A stretch of 64,000 nt of DNA from an uncultured delta proteobacterium (GTDB lineage: Bacteria; Desulfobacterota; RBG-13-43-22), in assembly GCA_963790475.1 (NCBI GenBank), contig CAWBOS010000012.1, forward strand, positions 768,001-832,000, in the 5' to 3' direction. A model generated the notes under the pieces. It was given only the letters and a program-made list of their open reading frames with translations, did no database searches and was not told where the DNA came from. Below, one piece after another: positions 49,148 through 59,645 of this stretch (position 1 is its first letter; every line of letters begins with the position of its first letter). Position numbers and translations under genes: made by a program.

Positions 49148-51587
49148 GGTTTTCCTCCCCAAAACTTTTTATTTTTCGTAAATATTGCCGGGCCTCTTTG
49201 GCCGAGGGGAACTTGATAAGAAAAGAGACCCCTTCTCCCGGCCGGTTGTCAATATCCACCTCCCCATTATGACGGGTAACAATTTTATGGACAATAGGGA
49301 GACCCAACCCCGAGCCATGATCTTTGGTTGTAAAAAAAGGATTGAAGATATTATGCAAGACATCGGGTTGAATTCCTCCACCGGTATCCGTTATCTGACA
49401 GGTAACCCATTCCCGGTCCAGGCCTTTGTCTAAATAGGTCCGGATCGTCAATCGGCCTCCTTGGGGCATGGCCTGACAGGAGTTCAAAAACAGGTTGTAA
49501 AAAACATGCCCCAACTGGCGGTTGTCTCCAAATATTTTGGGGACTTTCCCCCATTGCTTTTCAACCTTGATGTTTCCCTCATCCAATTCCCTTTGGATAA
49601 GGCCCAAGGCGTCCTCCACAATTCGATTAAGTTCCCATTCCCTGTAATTACCGCGAGGGTCCTGGGAAAAATCCATGATTTCGTTGAGGGTTTTTTCCAG
49701 CCGCTCCACTTCGTTAATGATGACCTGGAAATAAGACTGGACCTGTTCATCGCCTGGAAATTTTTTATAAAGGCGGCGGACAAAACCGCCAATGGAAACC
49801 AGAGGATTTCGGATCTCATGGGCCAACCCAGAGGCCATTTCCCCGATAGCCACCATTTTTTCCGAATCAATCAAGCGTTCCCGGGCCACTTTAAGTTCTT
49901 CGTTGGTTTTTTCAATAAAGGCATAGAGGCGGGCATTCTCCAGGGCCAGGCCGGCCTGATGAGACAACATGGATAATAAATAGAGGTCTTCTTCGGTGAG
50001 GGGACGTTTATCTATAAAATTATCCACTTCGATAACTCCGACTACCTTATCCTTGGCATATATGGGGATGGAAGCAAAGGAGTCCAAATGCAACCGTTTG
50101 GCCAGTTCTTTGTTGATCCGCGGGTCTTCCGAAATATGATCAATCAAAAAGGTCCGGCCTTCCAGAAAAGTACGGGCCAGGATCCCGGAATCCTTGGTAA
50201 GGGGGACTTTGATATTGTGGACCACTTGATCGGCTTCCTGGCGGGTTTTCCTGGTTTGAGCAGCTTGGCTGACCAATAAACCGCTTAATTCATTTCCGGT
50301 CAAACCTTCTTGTTTTTGAAGGGGAACGTCCTGGTCGGCCTCTTTTTGTATCGACCAGGCCATGGGGGTAAGGATCTTTTTGTCTTCATCGGCCAGGAAC
50401 AGGATGGCCCGGTTAAACCCCAATCCTTCCTTCAGGGTAATGGCCTCCAAAATAATCTGGGGAAGGTCTTTTAAAGAAGCCGAAGTCATCATGGCACTGT
50501 CAATCTGGTACAGGGTGGACAGATTTCTGACCATCCATTCATTCTTCCGGGCCAGGCTCTCGATTTTTTGAAAGGTCAAGGCGTTTTCCAAAGAATTGGC
50601 AATGATGTTTCCGATGGTGGAAAGAACCGACAGGTCATCCTCATTAAATTGGGAGGCCGTATTGCCCCCCAAAGGAATTTTTTCATAGACACACAGGCGA
50701 CCCTGATAAGGGCCTTTAAAATTCAAAACGATACACATAAAGGAGGAAATGGGAGGTTTCTTGGCCGATCCTGGTTGGTTTTCCTCTTCCGGGGTAAGGA
50801 TGATCCGGTCTCCGGCAGGAGAATTCCCGTTTTGATTATAAATATGATTTCCTTTGTGATTCAGAATGTCCTTAAGGATTTTCTTTTTAACGGAAGAAGG
50901 TACCAGTCCGAATTCTGATTCGACAATGATGTTTTCAGACCCTTTTTCCAGTATCATCAAGGCTGAACCGGTGGCGTTGATCACTTGAGCGGTAATGGCT
51001 ACGGTGCGTTCGATCAGATCATTCAGTTCCAGGGTTGAGCCGATCACCTTGCCGACCTGATACAAGACACTGAGTTCAGCTATTCTTTTCTTGGATTCGG
51101 TATAGACCCATGAATTTCTAATAATTCCGGCCAGTTCCCGGGCAACCATATCAAGCAGTTCCCATTGGTCCGGGTCCGGGTTTAAGTCTTTTCGGGAAAG
51201 CAGGCATAAAACGCCGTATAATAAATTATCATCTTCAACCGGCTGGGCGATCAGGGAATTAAACCCTTTAAATAGAGGGTTCTTGATCAGGGCCTTGTGT
51301 TCTTTACGATTTAAACGGGGGATTAAAATGGGTTTTCGATTTTGAAGGGTTTCTCCGATCGGGGTCCTGGCCATAGGAAAGGAACGGCCGTCCCAGGAGA
51401 CCTCCCGGGGACTCACTTTTTTTAATTCCAGGACTTCATGTTCCGGTGTTATGGAAAGAAGGACCGCCCTTTCCACCCTTTCTTTGCGGACCAGTAAATC
51501 CAGGATACCCTGAAGGCGATCTTCAAATCCAATACTGGAATTGGCTACCTGGATAACTTTTTTTATTAGTTCAAGCCCGCGGTCCAT
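49125..51587 (-). CDS. Multi-GAF sensor histidine kinase
   Basis: About three GAF-like domains, AHEIRNPL, N box, DTGGG, PFFTTK, GLGL. Confidence 0.92.
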   Translation of the reverse strand: MDRGLELIKKVIQVANSSIGFEDRLQGILDLLVRKERVERAVLLSITPEHEVLELKKVSPREVSWDGRSFPMARTPIGETLQNRKPILIPRLNRKEHKALIKNPLFKGFNSLIAQPVEDDNLLYGVLCLLSRKDLNPDPDQWELLDMVARELAGIIRNSWVYTESKKRIAELSVLYQVGKVIGSTLELNDLIERTVAITAQVINATGSALMILEKGSENIIVESEFGLVPSSVKKKILKDILNHKGNHIYNQNGNSPAGDRIILTPEEENQPGSAKKPPISSFMCIVLNFKGPYQGRLCVYEKIPLGGNTASQFNEDDLSVLSTIGNIIANSLENALTFQKIESLARKNEWMVRNLSTLYQIDSAMMTSASLKDLPQIILEAITLKEGLGFNRAILFLADEDKKILTPMAWSIQKEADQDVPLQKQEGLTGNELSGLLVSQAAQTRKTRQEADQVVHNIKVPLTKDSGILARTFLEGRTFLIDHISEDPRINKELAKRLHLDSFASIPIYAKDKVVGVIEVDNFIDKRPLTEEDLYLLSMLSHQAGLALENARLYAFIEKTNEELKVARERLIDSEKMVAIGEMASGLAHEIRNPLVSIGGFVRRLYKKFPGDEQVQSYFQVIINEVERLEKTLNEIMDFSQDPRGNYREWELNRIVEDALGLIQRELDEGNIKVEKQWGKVPKIFGDNRQLGHVFYNLFLNSCQAMPQGGRLTIRTYLDKGLDREWVTCQITDTGGGIQPDVLHNIFNPFFTTKDHGSGLGLPIVHKIVTRHNGEVDIDNRPGEGVSFLIKFPSAKEARQYLRKIKSFGEENHETDINR

Positions 51588-51591
51588 AGTC

Positions 51592-53053
51592 TTACCTGTT
51601 GCCTTTTTTCTCCAGGGCCTTTTGATAAAGCGATTGATATTGAGAGGCCGATTTCTCCCAGGAAAAATCCTGGCTCATCGCCCGTTGCATCAATCGCTTC
51701 CAGCGAGGTTTGTCGCGATAAACCAATAAGGCCCGCTGGAGGGTCTGAAATAGTTTCTCTTCTTCATATTCCTTGAATTTAAAACCCGTCCCCTGATCTT
51801 TTTGAGGGTTGTAGTCTTCCACCGTATCTTCCAAACCCCCCACGGCCCGGACAATGGGGATTGTTCCGTATTTCAAGGCATACAGCTGATCGAGTCCGCA
51901 GGGTTCATAACGGGAGGGCATCATCAAAATGTCGGCCCCGGCTTGAATCTGATGGGCCAGGGGCCCGTTATATCCCATTTCCAGACCGATGAGGCCCGGA
52001 TATTTCTCGACTGTCTCCTGTGCCCAGGCTTGATATTGTTCGAGACCTTGTCCCATTAAGATGATTTCTATTTCCAATTCCATCAATCGGGGGAATATCC
52101 GGCTGACCAGGTCCAGGCCTTTCCGGTCCAGAAGACGGGAAATAATGGCTATTACCGGGGTTTCTCCTTTTTTCTTGAGATGAAATAATTCCTGGAGATT
52201 GGATTTACAGACTTTTTTATTCTCCAGGTCGTCGGTGGTATAGGCAGCCGGTAAAAAGGGGTCCTTGGCCGGGTCCCAAATCTGGTAATCCACCCCATTC
52301 AATATGGCATATAAATCTGTTTCACGGGTATTGAGCACCCCTTCCAGACCAAATCCGTTGGCCGGGGTCATGATTTCTTTCCGGTAATTGGGACTGACCG
52401 TAGTCAAGATATCGGCAAAGACGATCCCGCCTTTCATCAGGTTAAGCTTCCCGAAAAATTCCAGGCCCTTGGGCGTGAAAAGTTCCCAACCCAATCCGGT
52501 TAAATGGAGGTCATAGTGCCAGAAAATTCCCTGATATCCCAAATTGTGGATGGTGAAAAGACTGGCGGTTGATTGGAAAGAAGGGTTTTGGGCATAGAGG
52601 GTTTTCAAATAAACCGGTATCAATCCGGTTTGCCAGTCGTTACAATGAATGATATCCGGGCGAAGATCCAAGGCCAGACATAATTCCAGAACAGCCCGGG
52701 AAAAGAAAATAAAACGTTCGGCGTTGTCCTGGTAGTCCCCGTATTCATTTCCATATAGCCCTTCCCGGTCATAAAGGTCATCCCGGCCGATAAAATAAAC
52801 CGTCACCTGATCGTTAATATTGGCCTGAAAAATTTGGGCTGTTTTTTTCATCCAGGAGATAGGGACCTCCAGATGGGTATTCAGGAGTTTCAAGGGGGGA
52901 CTTGACATTCCGGCTTTGACGGTACTTAGGAGTGACAATAAATACTTCATGTCCCATTCGGGCCAGGGCCAGGGACAACTCACAGGAAACATCAGCCAAT
53001 CCCCCGGCCCGGGAAAACGGACTGACTTCGGAAGAGGCGAACAGGATCTTCAT
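51592..53053 (-). CDS. glgA: Glycogen synthase, frameshifted at a G6 run (52894-52899)
   Basis: N-terminal MKILFASSEVSPFSRAGGLADV (ORF 52814-53053) joins the frame with DNAERF, HCNDWQ, TIHNL.YQG, PSRYEPCGL. Confidence 0.9.
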
Positions 53054-54060
53054 TTTTCCTCCTCAAGAAGGACCTCCCTAAGATATTTGGCGGCTTCCTC
53101 GGGAGGAGAGGGGTTGATATAAAATCCGGAGCCCCATTCAAACCCGGCGATCCGGGTCAGTTTCGGGACGATTTCGAAGTGCCAATGATAGTAATCCTTA
53201 TGGGATTCCTTGATAGGAGAGGTATGAAGCATAAAGTTATAGGGCCGCTTGTTCAAGGCCTTGTCCAAACGTTTCAGGGTTTCGGAAAAAATTTGGGCCA
53301 GTGAATAATATTTGTACTCTTCCAATTCAGTATAAACGGCGTTATGGGATTTGGGGATGATCCAGACTTCGAATGGGGAACGAGGGGCGAATGGGCTGGA
53401 AACCAGGAAATCCTGGTTTTCAATAATCACCCGCACCTTGGCTTCCTGTTCCTGCCGGACGATATCGCAATAGACACAGCGGTCCTTATAGTCGTAATAT
53501 TTTTTGGAACCGTTCAATTCCTCGTGGGCGATTTCAGGAATTACCGGCAGGGCTATCAATTGGGAGTGACTATGTTCCAGAGAAGCCCCTGCTGCCCGGC
53601 CCTGGTTTTTGAAGACCAGGATGTATTGAAAACGGGGATCCTTGGATAAATCGACGATACGGTCCCGGTAGGCCCGTAGGACATCGGCAAAACGGTTGAT
53701 CGGCATGGTGGAGAGGGTTTCCTCGTGGTCGGGGGTCTCGATGATGACCTCATGAGCCCCGATCCCGTTCATTTTGTCATATAAACCCTCTCCGATTTTA
53801 TTCAGGCTTCCTTCAATAATGAGGGCCGGAAATTTATTGGCCACAACGCGTAGGGTCCAGCCGGAGCTATTGGGCTGTGTTCCCGGGTTGCGATAGGCGG
53901 AAATCTCCGGCGGGGTGGTTTTCTCATTTCCCGGATCAAAGGGACAAAACCCGCCTTTGGGGGTCTCGTCTTCCGGGGCAAAGTCAAAAGGTCTTTTGGC
54001 CCTTTCTGTGGAAATAATCACCCATCGGCCGACAATGGGATCCTTTCGCAATTCCGGCAT
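53050..54060 (-). CDS. galT: GalT-family nucleotidyltransferase
   Basis: ELRKDP, RAKRP, GAHEVIIE, GASLEHSHSQ, AGFEWG. Confidence 0.9.
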   Translation of the reverse strand: MPELRKDPIVGRWVIISTERAKRPFDFAPEDETPKGGFCPFDPGNEKTTPPEISAYRNPGTQPNSSGWTLRVVANKFPALIIEGSLNKIGEGLYDKMNGIGAHEVIIETPDHEETLSTMPINRFADVLRAYRDRIVDLSKDPRFQYILVFKNQGRAAGASLEHSHSQLIALPVIPEIAHEELNGSKKYYDYKDRCVYCDIVRQEQEAKVRVIIENQDFLVSSPFAPRSPFEVWIIPKSHNAVYTELEEYKYYSLAQIFSETLKRLDKALNKRPYNFMLHTSPIKESHKDYYHWHFEIVPKLTRIAGFEWGSGFYINPSPPEEAAKYLREVLLEEEK

Positions 54061-54307
54061 CGAACCCTCCTGTTTTCTTCAAGCTCCTATGATAGGAACC
54101 ATAAGATTGAATAATATATTATCATTTTCTCTCTTTAATGTATAGGCTAAAAGGGAAGCCCTTTTTCTTGACCATGATTAATTTCTTTTAAAGAAATTAA
54201 AAAGTCAACCGGACTAAGGAGGTACGGCAATGACGAACCCTTGACAAAAGGGTATTTTGATTATTATCTTAATAATTATTTTCTGCGGCAAGCGAAGGAG
54301 GGTACTT

Positions 54308-54517
54308 ATGCCTATTTACGAATATCAGTGTTCGGATTGTTCCCGCACTTTTGAAAAAATAATCTGGACTTCAAAAGGTGAAAAGGTTCAATGTCCCTAT
54401 TGCAAAGGAAAGAAGGTCGTTCGACTGTTGTCGGCATTTTCCAAGGCCAGGGGTCAATCGGGGGACGGGGCTTCTTTGCCGTCTTCCTGCGGGCCGTCTT
54501 CGTCAGGATTCTCCTGA
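54308..54517 (+). CDS. FmdB-family zinc-ribbon protein (TGA may be Sec, extending to 54526)
   Basis: MPIYEYQCSDC...FE...CPYC; AAGGAGG RBS; ends SCGPSSSGFS-TGA-GCT-TCT-TAA. Confidence 0.85.
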   Translation: MPIYEYQCSDCSRTFEKIIWTSKGEKVQCPYCKGKKVVRLLSAFSKARGQSGDGASLPSSCGPSSSGFS

Positions 54518-54713
54518 GCTTCTTAATGAGAATAAGAACCGTGAGTTCTTAACCGGCGTATTAAACCCGGAACCGCCCCGAAGGGGGGACGCATGACCTG
54601 GGGCCAATAGAAGTCTTCACATGAACTTCATTTCTTGTCATTCCGCCTGGAGTCTGGACGTTATTGATCAGTCTCTACCAAAAGTTGTTATTTATAAGGA
54701 AAAGGAAAAGTTA

Positions 54714-54866
54714 ATGAAAACCGTTATCTGGTTGTTGATCATTATCGCCTGCTGGTATACCCTTAATCGGTGGGTCTTTCCAAAACTCGGTATCCAGGGG
54801 TGAATGCCTTCCTCTTCCTGCCAGGTTGAAGGGCAGGACCCCAAGAAAAATCCCAAGGATGTCTGA
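54714..54866 (+). CDS. Small membrane peptide, candidate selenoprotein (TGA at 54801)
   Basis: MKTVIWLLIIIACWYTLNRWVFPKLGIQG-U-MPSSSCQVEGQDPKKNPKDV*; hairpin 12 nt after the TGA. Confidence 0.5.
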
Positions 54867-55274
54867 CCCGGTGCCTCATAAATGGTAAGGGCCGTTCCTT
54901 TCTCTTTTCGCCACAGACGATGATACGGCGAGGATTATCAGGAGAGCCATAGATCTGGGCTACCCCCTACCCCCGGGCCATTTCCCATGACTTGGCCATG
55001 GCAATGGATAGAGACCTTCGTGCTATTACAGAATAGGGATGATTCCCACTTCGGAGATGACGAAGATTTGACGGCAAACTGCGCTCTTTTTGCTTAAGAT
55101 CAAATGTCCTGATTCTTTTCAGCACCCCGCCAACCATCTTTGTTATCGTAGTTAGGGGGATCATCTTTGATAAGTTAAGGAAAAAATAGGAAAATAACAG
55201 GAGGCCAGGAGAAAAATAGGTCTGACGGAAAGGAATCGGCTTGCATTTTTTTTCCTTTTTGATACTATGCAACA

Positions 55275-55871
55275 ATGAAGCGAATTTTATTGAAAAATCA
55301 ACCTGATTTCCTTAAGATCCTCGGTGTTTCCGTTCTGCTGCTTCTCCTCTTTTTTCCCGGTCCCAGACCGGCGTGGAGCAAACAGGCCCAAATCAGCGAT
55401 ATTATTGTTACCAACAATCAGGAATATCTTTTGGTTTATTTTTATACCAAGGGGTGTTTCACCCCCGATATGAACAAGGCTATTCAAAACGGGATACCTA
55501 CCACTTTTACCTTTTTGATTGAACTGTATAAACCCCGTTCTATTTGGCCCAATAAGCAGCTTGCTTCCCTAAGATTGCATCACACCATTAAATATGATTC
55601 TCTAAGGGAAGAATTTTCAATCCTTTTAAGCGAACGTGGAAATCAGGTTTTTACCGTCAAAGAATTCAGTAAAGCCCAGGAGATGATGGCCGATGTCAGT
55701 AATGTTCGACTGATCCCCCTCCAGAGCCTGGAAAGGAACAACCAGTATCAGGTACGGATAAAGGCTGAACTCAATAAAGTCAGACTCCCTTTGTATCTTC
55801 ATTATCTATTGTTTTTTGTTTCCTTGTGGGATTTCGAAACGGAATGGTATGTAGTGGATTTTATTTATTAA
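55275..55871 (+). CDS. DUF4390-like exported protein
   Basis: AIQNGIP.TF.F, IKYD.L..EF, LWDFETEW; usual position before an NtrY-like kinase. Confidence 0.75.
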   Translation: MKRILLKNQPDFLKILGVSVLLLLLFFPGPRPAWSKQAQISDIIVTNNQEYLLVYFYTKGCFTPDMNKAIQNGIPTTFTFLIELYKPRSIWPNKQLASLRLHHTIKYDSLREEFSILLSERGNQVFTVKEFSKAQEMMADVSNVRLIPLQSLERNNQYQVRIKAELNKVRLPLYLHYLLFFVSLWDFETEWYVVDFIY

Positions 55872-55899
55872 CCCAGGAACTTCCCACCTCGACAGGTCC

Positions 55900-58131
55900 A
55901 TGACCCCCCTTTTATCAGAAGAACAAAAAGAACAGCGGCGAAAAAAAAGAGATCGTCTGATCATCGTTATCACCGTATTGGTGGTCCTCGGGCTGACGAT
56001 TTGGGAAACCAATATCCTCCGGCCGGATTTCCCCTTTACCCTTTCTCAGCGGGTCATCCTCTTCGCTTTAATCAACATCAATATTATTCTGCTCCTTTTG
56101 TTGATCTTTCTGGTAGTGCAAAATCTCCTTAAATTAGTCACCGAGAGAAGGCGAAAGATCCTGGGATCAAAGATCCGAACCCGTTTGGTTATGGGATTTA
56201 TTACCTTGTCTCTGGTGCCGACTATCGTTTTGTTTCTTATCGCCTATGAATTCTTTGCCATGGGGATGGATTATTGGTTCAATATGCATATCGAGAAATC
56301 ATTACAGGATTCCCTTGATGTGGGCCGGGCCTATTATCAGGCCTCCAAAAGGGGAACCCGGACTTATGCCCAGCAGATCAGCCTTGATCTGAGCCAATCC
56401 AGCCTGATAGCTAAAAACGATCAGGAGGGGATCATACAGAGTATCATGGATAAACGACAGGAATACGGTCTGGCCTGGGTCGGTCTTTTTTTACCCAATC
56501 TGGAACAAAAAGTTCGTGTCGTCACTTCAGAGAGCTATCTGAAATCTTTTAAAGATCCTCCCTTAAGTCTGATACAGAAAGGTTTTCAGCCTAAGGGAAT
56601 TTCCGAGGTTCAATCCACTCCGGAGGGGGATTTTTTCATTGCCGGGGTTCCGGTCTGGGATAATTCACCCCAGCGGAAAGGGCTGGCAACCGTGGTGGTT
56701 GCCTCCTATTTCCCTCGATCTTTGCTCAAGAAGATGGAAACTATTTCCACCGGCCTGGAAGGGTACCGGCAGATGCAGATGTTGAAAAATCCAATTAAAT
56801 ATTTTTACTTGATCATCCTTTCGATTGTTTCTTTATTGATTCTTTTTTCCGCCACCTGGTTTGGATTTTATCTGGCTAAAGGGATGACCGTTCCTATTCA
56901 AAGGCTTGCTGAAGGGACCTTACGGATCGCCCAGGGAGACTATAATTTTTCCGTCGACCTGGAGGCCAAGGATGAATTTGGGTTGTTGGTTAATTCTTTC
57001 AATAAAATGACCTCCGATTTGTTAAAAGGAAAGGAAGAGATCGAACTGACCTATCAAAAATTATGGAAGAGCAACGAGGAAATCAATCAGCGAAAACAAT
57101 ATATGGAGACAGTTCTGGCCAATATCGGAACCGGGGTCATTTCCATAGACGCCGAAGGATATATCAGTACCATCAACCACTCGGCCCGGGAAATGCTTCG
57201 ATTAAAGACCGAACAGGTCCTTGGTCGGCGGTATGAGGAGGTGCTGCGCCCAGAACAAAAGGTCCTGCTTCATGACCTGCTGGCCAATCTGGAACTGATA
57301 AAAAGGGGGACATTAGAACGCACCATTCAAGTCCCTCTTCCGGATAACACTTTGACCCTGTTAGTGAAAGTCAGCTTGTTACAAGACGAAGAAAAGCGAA
57401 ATTTAGGGATGGTCCTGGTTTTTGATGATTTGACTGAGATCGAAAAAATTCAGAAGGTAGCGGCCTGGAGAGAAGTGGCCAGGCGTCTGGCCCATGAAAT
57501 CAAAAACCCCTTGACCCCCATCAAATTATCGGCTCAACGTTTGCAGAAAAAATATTCCTACCTTTTATCGGAAGGAAAAGAAAAGGAAATTTTTGATGAT
57601 TGCACTCAGACGATCATTAATCAAGTAGATGAATTGATCGGCCTGGTCAATGAATTTTTTACCTTTGCCCGATTACCGGCGGTTAACCTTTCCCGGAATG
57701 ATCTTAATGCCCTTATCCAGGAAGTCTTGGTTTTGTACAGTGAAAGTCAAAAGAGGATCGATTTCTCTTTTCAGGCCGATTCCAGGATACCCAAATTCCT
57801 CTTGGACCGGGAACAGATGAAAAGGGTTATGATCAATTTGTTGGATAATGCGGTGGCCGCTATTGAAGCCAGCGGTTCTATCAAGGTCCGGACCGATTAC
57901 GATCCATTATTGGAGATGGCCCGCATTGAAGTTATGGATACCGGAATCGGGATTGCCCCCAGAGACAAAGATCGGCTTTTCGAGCCCTATTTTTCCACTA
58001 AAAAGGGGGGAACCGGCCTCGGATTGACGATTGTCAGTTCCATTGTCTCCGATCATCACGGGCACATTCGGGTTAGGGATAATAAACCCCAAGGGACTAT
58101 TTTTTCCATAGAATTGCCGTTAGGGGCATAA
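55900..58131 (+). CDS. NtrY-like HAMP/PAS sensor histidine kinase
   Basis: TM helices, HAMP (DEFGLLVNSFNKMT), AWREVARRLAHEIKNPLTPI, PYFSTK. Confidence 0.92.
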   Translation: MTPLLSEEQKEQRRKKRDRLIIVITVLVVLGLTIWETNILRPDFPFTLSQRVILFALININIILLLLLIFLVVQNLLKLVTERRRKILGSKIRTRLVMGFITLSLVPTIVLFLIAYEFFAMGMDYWFNMHIEKSLQDSLDVGRAYYQASKRGTRTYAQQISLDLSQSSLIAKNDQEGIIQSIMDKRQEYGLAWVGLFLPNLEQKVRVVTSESYLKSFKDPPLSLIQKGFQPKGISEVQSTPEGDFFIAGVPVWDNSPQRKGLATVVVASYFPRSLLKKMETISTGLEGYRQMQMLKNPIKYFYLIILSIVSLLILFSATWFGFYLAKGMTVPIQRLAEGTLRIAQGDYNFSVDLEAKDEFGLLVNSFNKMTSDLLKGKEEIELTYQKLWKSNEEINQRKQYMETVLANIGTGVISIDAEGYISTINHSAREMLRLKTEQVLGRRYEEVLRPEQKVLLHDLLANLELIKRGTLERTIQVPLPDNTLTLLVKVSLLQDEEKRNLGMVLVFDDLTEIEKIQKVAAWREVARRLAHEIKNPLTPIKLSAQRLQKKYSYLLSEGKEKEIFDDCTQTIINQVDELIGLVNEFFTFARLPAVNLSRNDLNALIQEVLVLYSESQKRIDFSFQADSRIPKFLLDREQMKRVMINLLDNAVAAIEASGSIKVRTDYDPLLEMARIEVMDTGIGIAPRDKDRLFEPYFSTKKGGTGLGLTIVSSIVSDHHGHIRVRDNKPQGTIFSIELPLGA

Positions 58132-58187
58132 AAAGATCAAGTCTAATTTGAAAACCTGACCAAAATATGAAATCAAGGGAGCAAACG

Positions 58188-58264
58188 AATATTGGAATAA
58201 TGGAATATTGGAGTAGTGGAGTGTTGGGTTTTAGACCACTTCTCCACTACTCCATCACTCCAAT
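58188..58264. repeat. Inverted array of 8-nt tandem units
   Basis: (GGAATATT/GGAGTAGT)n ... (ACTACTCC/ATCACTCC)n forming a long imperfect hairpin. Confidence 0.65.
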
Positions 58265-58346
58265 GGGAAAGGTTAGTTTTAAATTCTCAACTGACTAATC
58301 ATAGAATTTATATTGAAATAGAGCTTTCAGGTTAACGGAGAATAGG

Positions 58347-59180
58347 GTGAAACAGATTCGACTGGTAGTCAAAAATATTCCCTTTGCCTATGAAGAAGCC
58401 TTGAAGATCAAGGCCTGGCTGGAAAAGGAAAAGGGGGTTTTGGTTCATTGGGACGAGGATGAAGAGTCTTCAAAATATGAAGTGCGACCGTCGCCTGAGC
58501 CTGTGGATCTGGTGGTAGTTTTGGGAGGGGATGGGACCTTGCTCAAAGCAGCCCGTCTTTTTGGTCATCTGGGGGCACCCATCCTGGGGGTGAACCTGGG
58601 CGGGCTGGGGTTCTTGACTGAAATTTCCCTGGAAGAACTCCGTCAACTTTTTGAGGGAATCCTCCAAGGAGAATATCAGACCGAAAACCGAATGGTATTG
58701 ACGGCCCGGATTGTTCGGGAAGGGGAAGTTCATCCGGTCATTCCTTTTTTAAATGATGTAGTCATCAATAAGGGGGCTTTGGCCAGGATTATCGACCTGG
58801 AAACCAGTATAGGCGGTCAATTCCTGACCTCCTATCGGGGAGATGGTCTGATCGTCGCGACCCCGACAGGGTCAACGGCCTATAACCTGTCGGCCGGCGG
58901 ACCGATTCTGCACCCGGCTCTGAAGACTATTCTCCTCACCCCGATCTGCCCTTTCACTCTGACTAATCGCCCGATTATCCTCCAGGACGATGCGGTCATT
59001 GATATTCTGTTGGGGACCAAGGCCAGTGAGGTCTGGCTGACTTTTGACGGGCAGGTGGGATACCCTTTAAAGGCCGGAGATGTGGTACAGGTTCAAAAGT
59101 CGGTCAAATCCGTACAGTTGATTAAGACGCCTTTTAAAAATTATTTTGAAATCCTTCGTACAAAATTAAAATGGGGATGA
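58347..59180 (+). CDS. nadK: NAD(+) kinase
   Basis: LGGDGT, NLGGLGFL, LND, GDGLIVATPTGSTAY.LSAGGP. Confidence 0.95.
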   Translation: MKQIRLVVKNIPFAYEEALKIKAWLEKEKGVLVHWDEDEESSKYEVRPSPEPVDLVVVLGGDGTLLKAARLFGHLGAPILGVNLGGLGFLTEISLEELRQLFEGILQGEYQTENRMVLTARIVREGEVHPVIPFLNDVVINKGALARIIDLETSIGGQFLTSYRGDGLIVATPTGSTAYNLSAGGPILHPALKTILLTPICPFTLTNRPIILQDDAVIDILLGTKASEVWLTFDGQVGYPLKAGDVVQVQKSVKSVQLIKTPFKNYFEILRTKLKWG

Positions 59181-59198
59181 AAGGGAAAGGAAAAGATT

Positions 59199-59645
59199 AT
59201 GAAGTTTCGATTCTGCATGGTCCTTATTTTCGTCGCCGCTCTTTTTTTGATGGGTATGGGCAAAATGGACCAACCGGAGAAATCCGGGGAGATACCGGTT
59301 CCTGATAAAGAGGTGTCGGCTGTTATCAATGACACTGAAGGTTTGACCCTGAACCTGACCCAATTCAGCATTAACGGGAAGACTTTTTTGCAGGGTAAGT
59401 TAGGGGCCGGCCTTGTGGCCGTTCCTTTCAGCCAAATCCGGGTGATGACCCTGGCTTCGGACCCCAAAGGAATTGCCGTCAAGGTGGAGTTGAACGATCG
59501 CAGTCAACTAAATCTCCTTCTGGAGAAAGGATTAACGGCCTATGGAAAGATCAAGGCCGGGACTTATCAAATTCTTCTGGATCAAATCAAGAAAATAGAG
59601 ATTCAGGGAATAACCGAGAGGAAAAGGGAAAAGGGCCGGTCTTAG
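59199..59645 (+). CDS. Exported hypothetical protein
   Basis: Signal peptide and beta-rich body; follows nadK. Confidence 0.65.
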   Translation: MKFRFCMVLIFVAALFLMGMGKMDQPEKSGEIPVPDKEVSAVINDTEGLTLNLTQFSINGKTFLQGKLGAGLVAVPFSQIRVMTLASDPKGIAVKVELNDRSQLNLLLEKGLTAYGKIKAGTYQILLDQIKKIEIQGITERKREKGRS

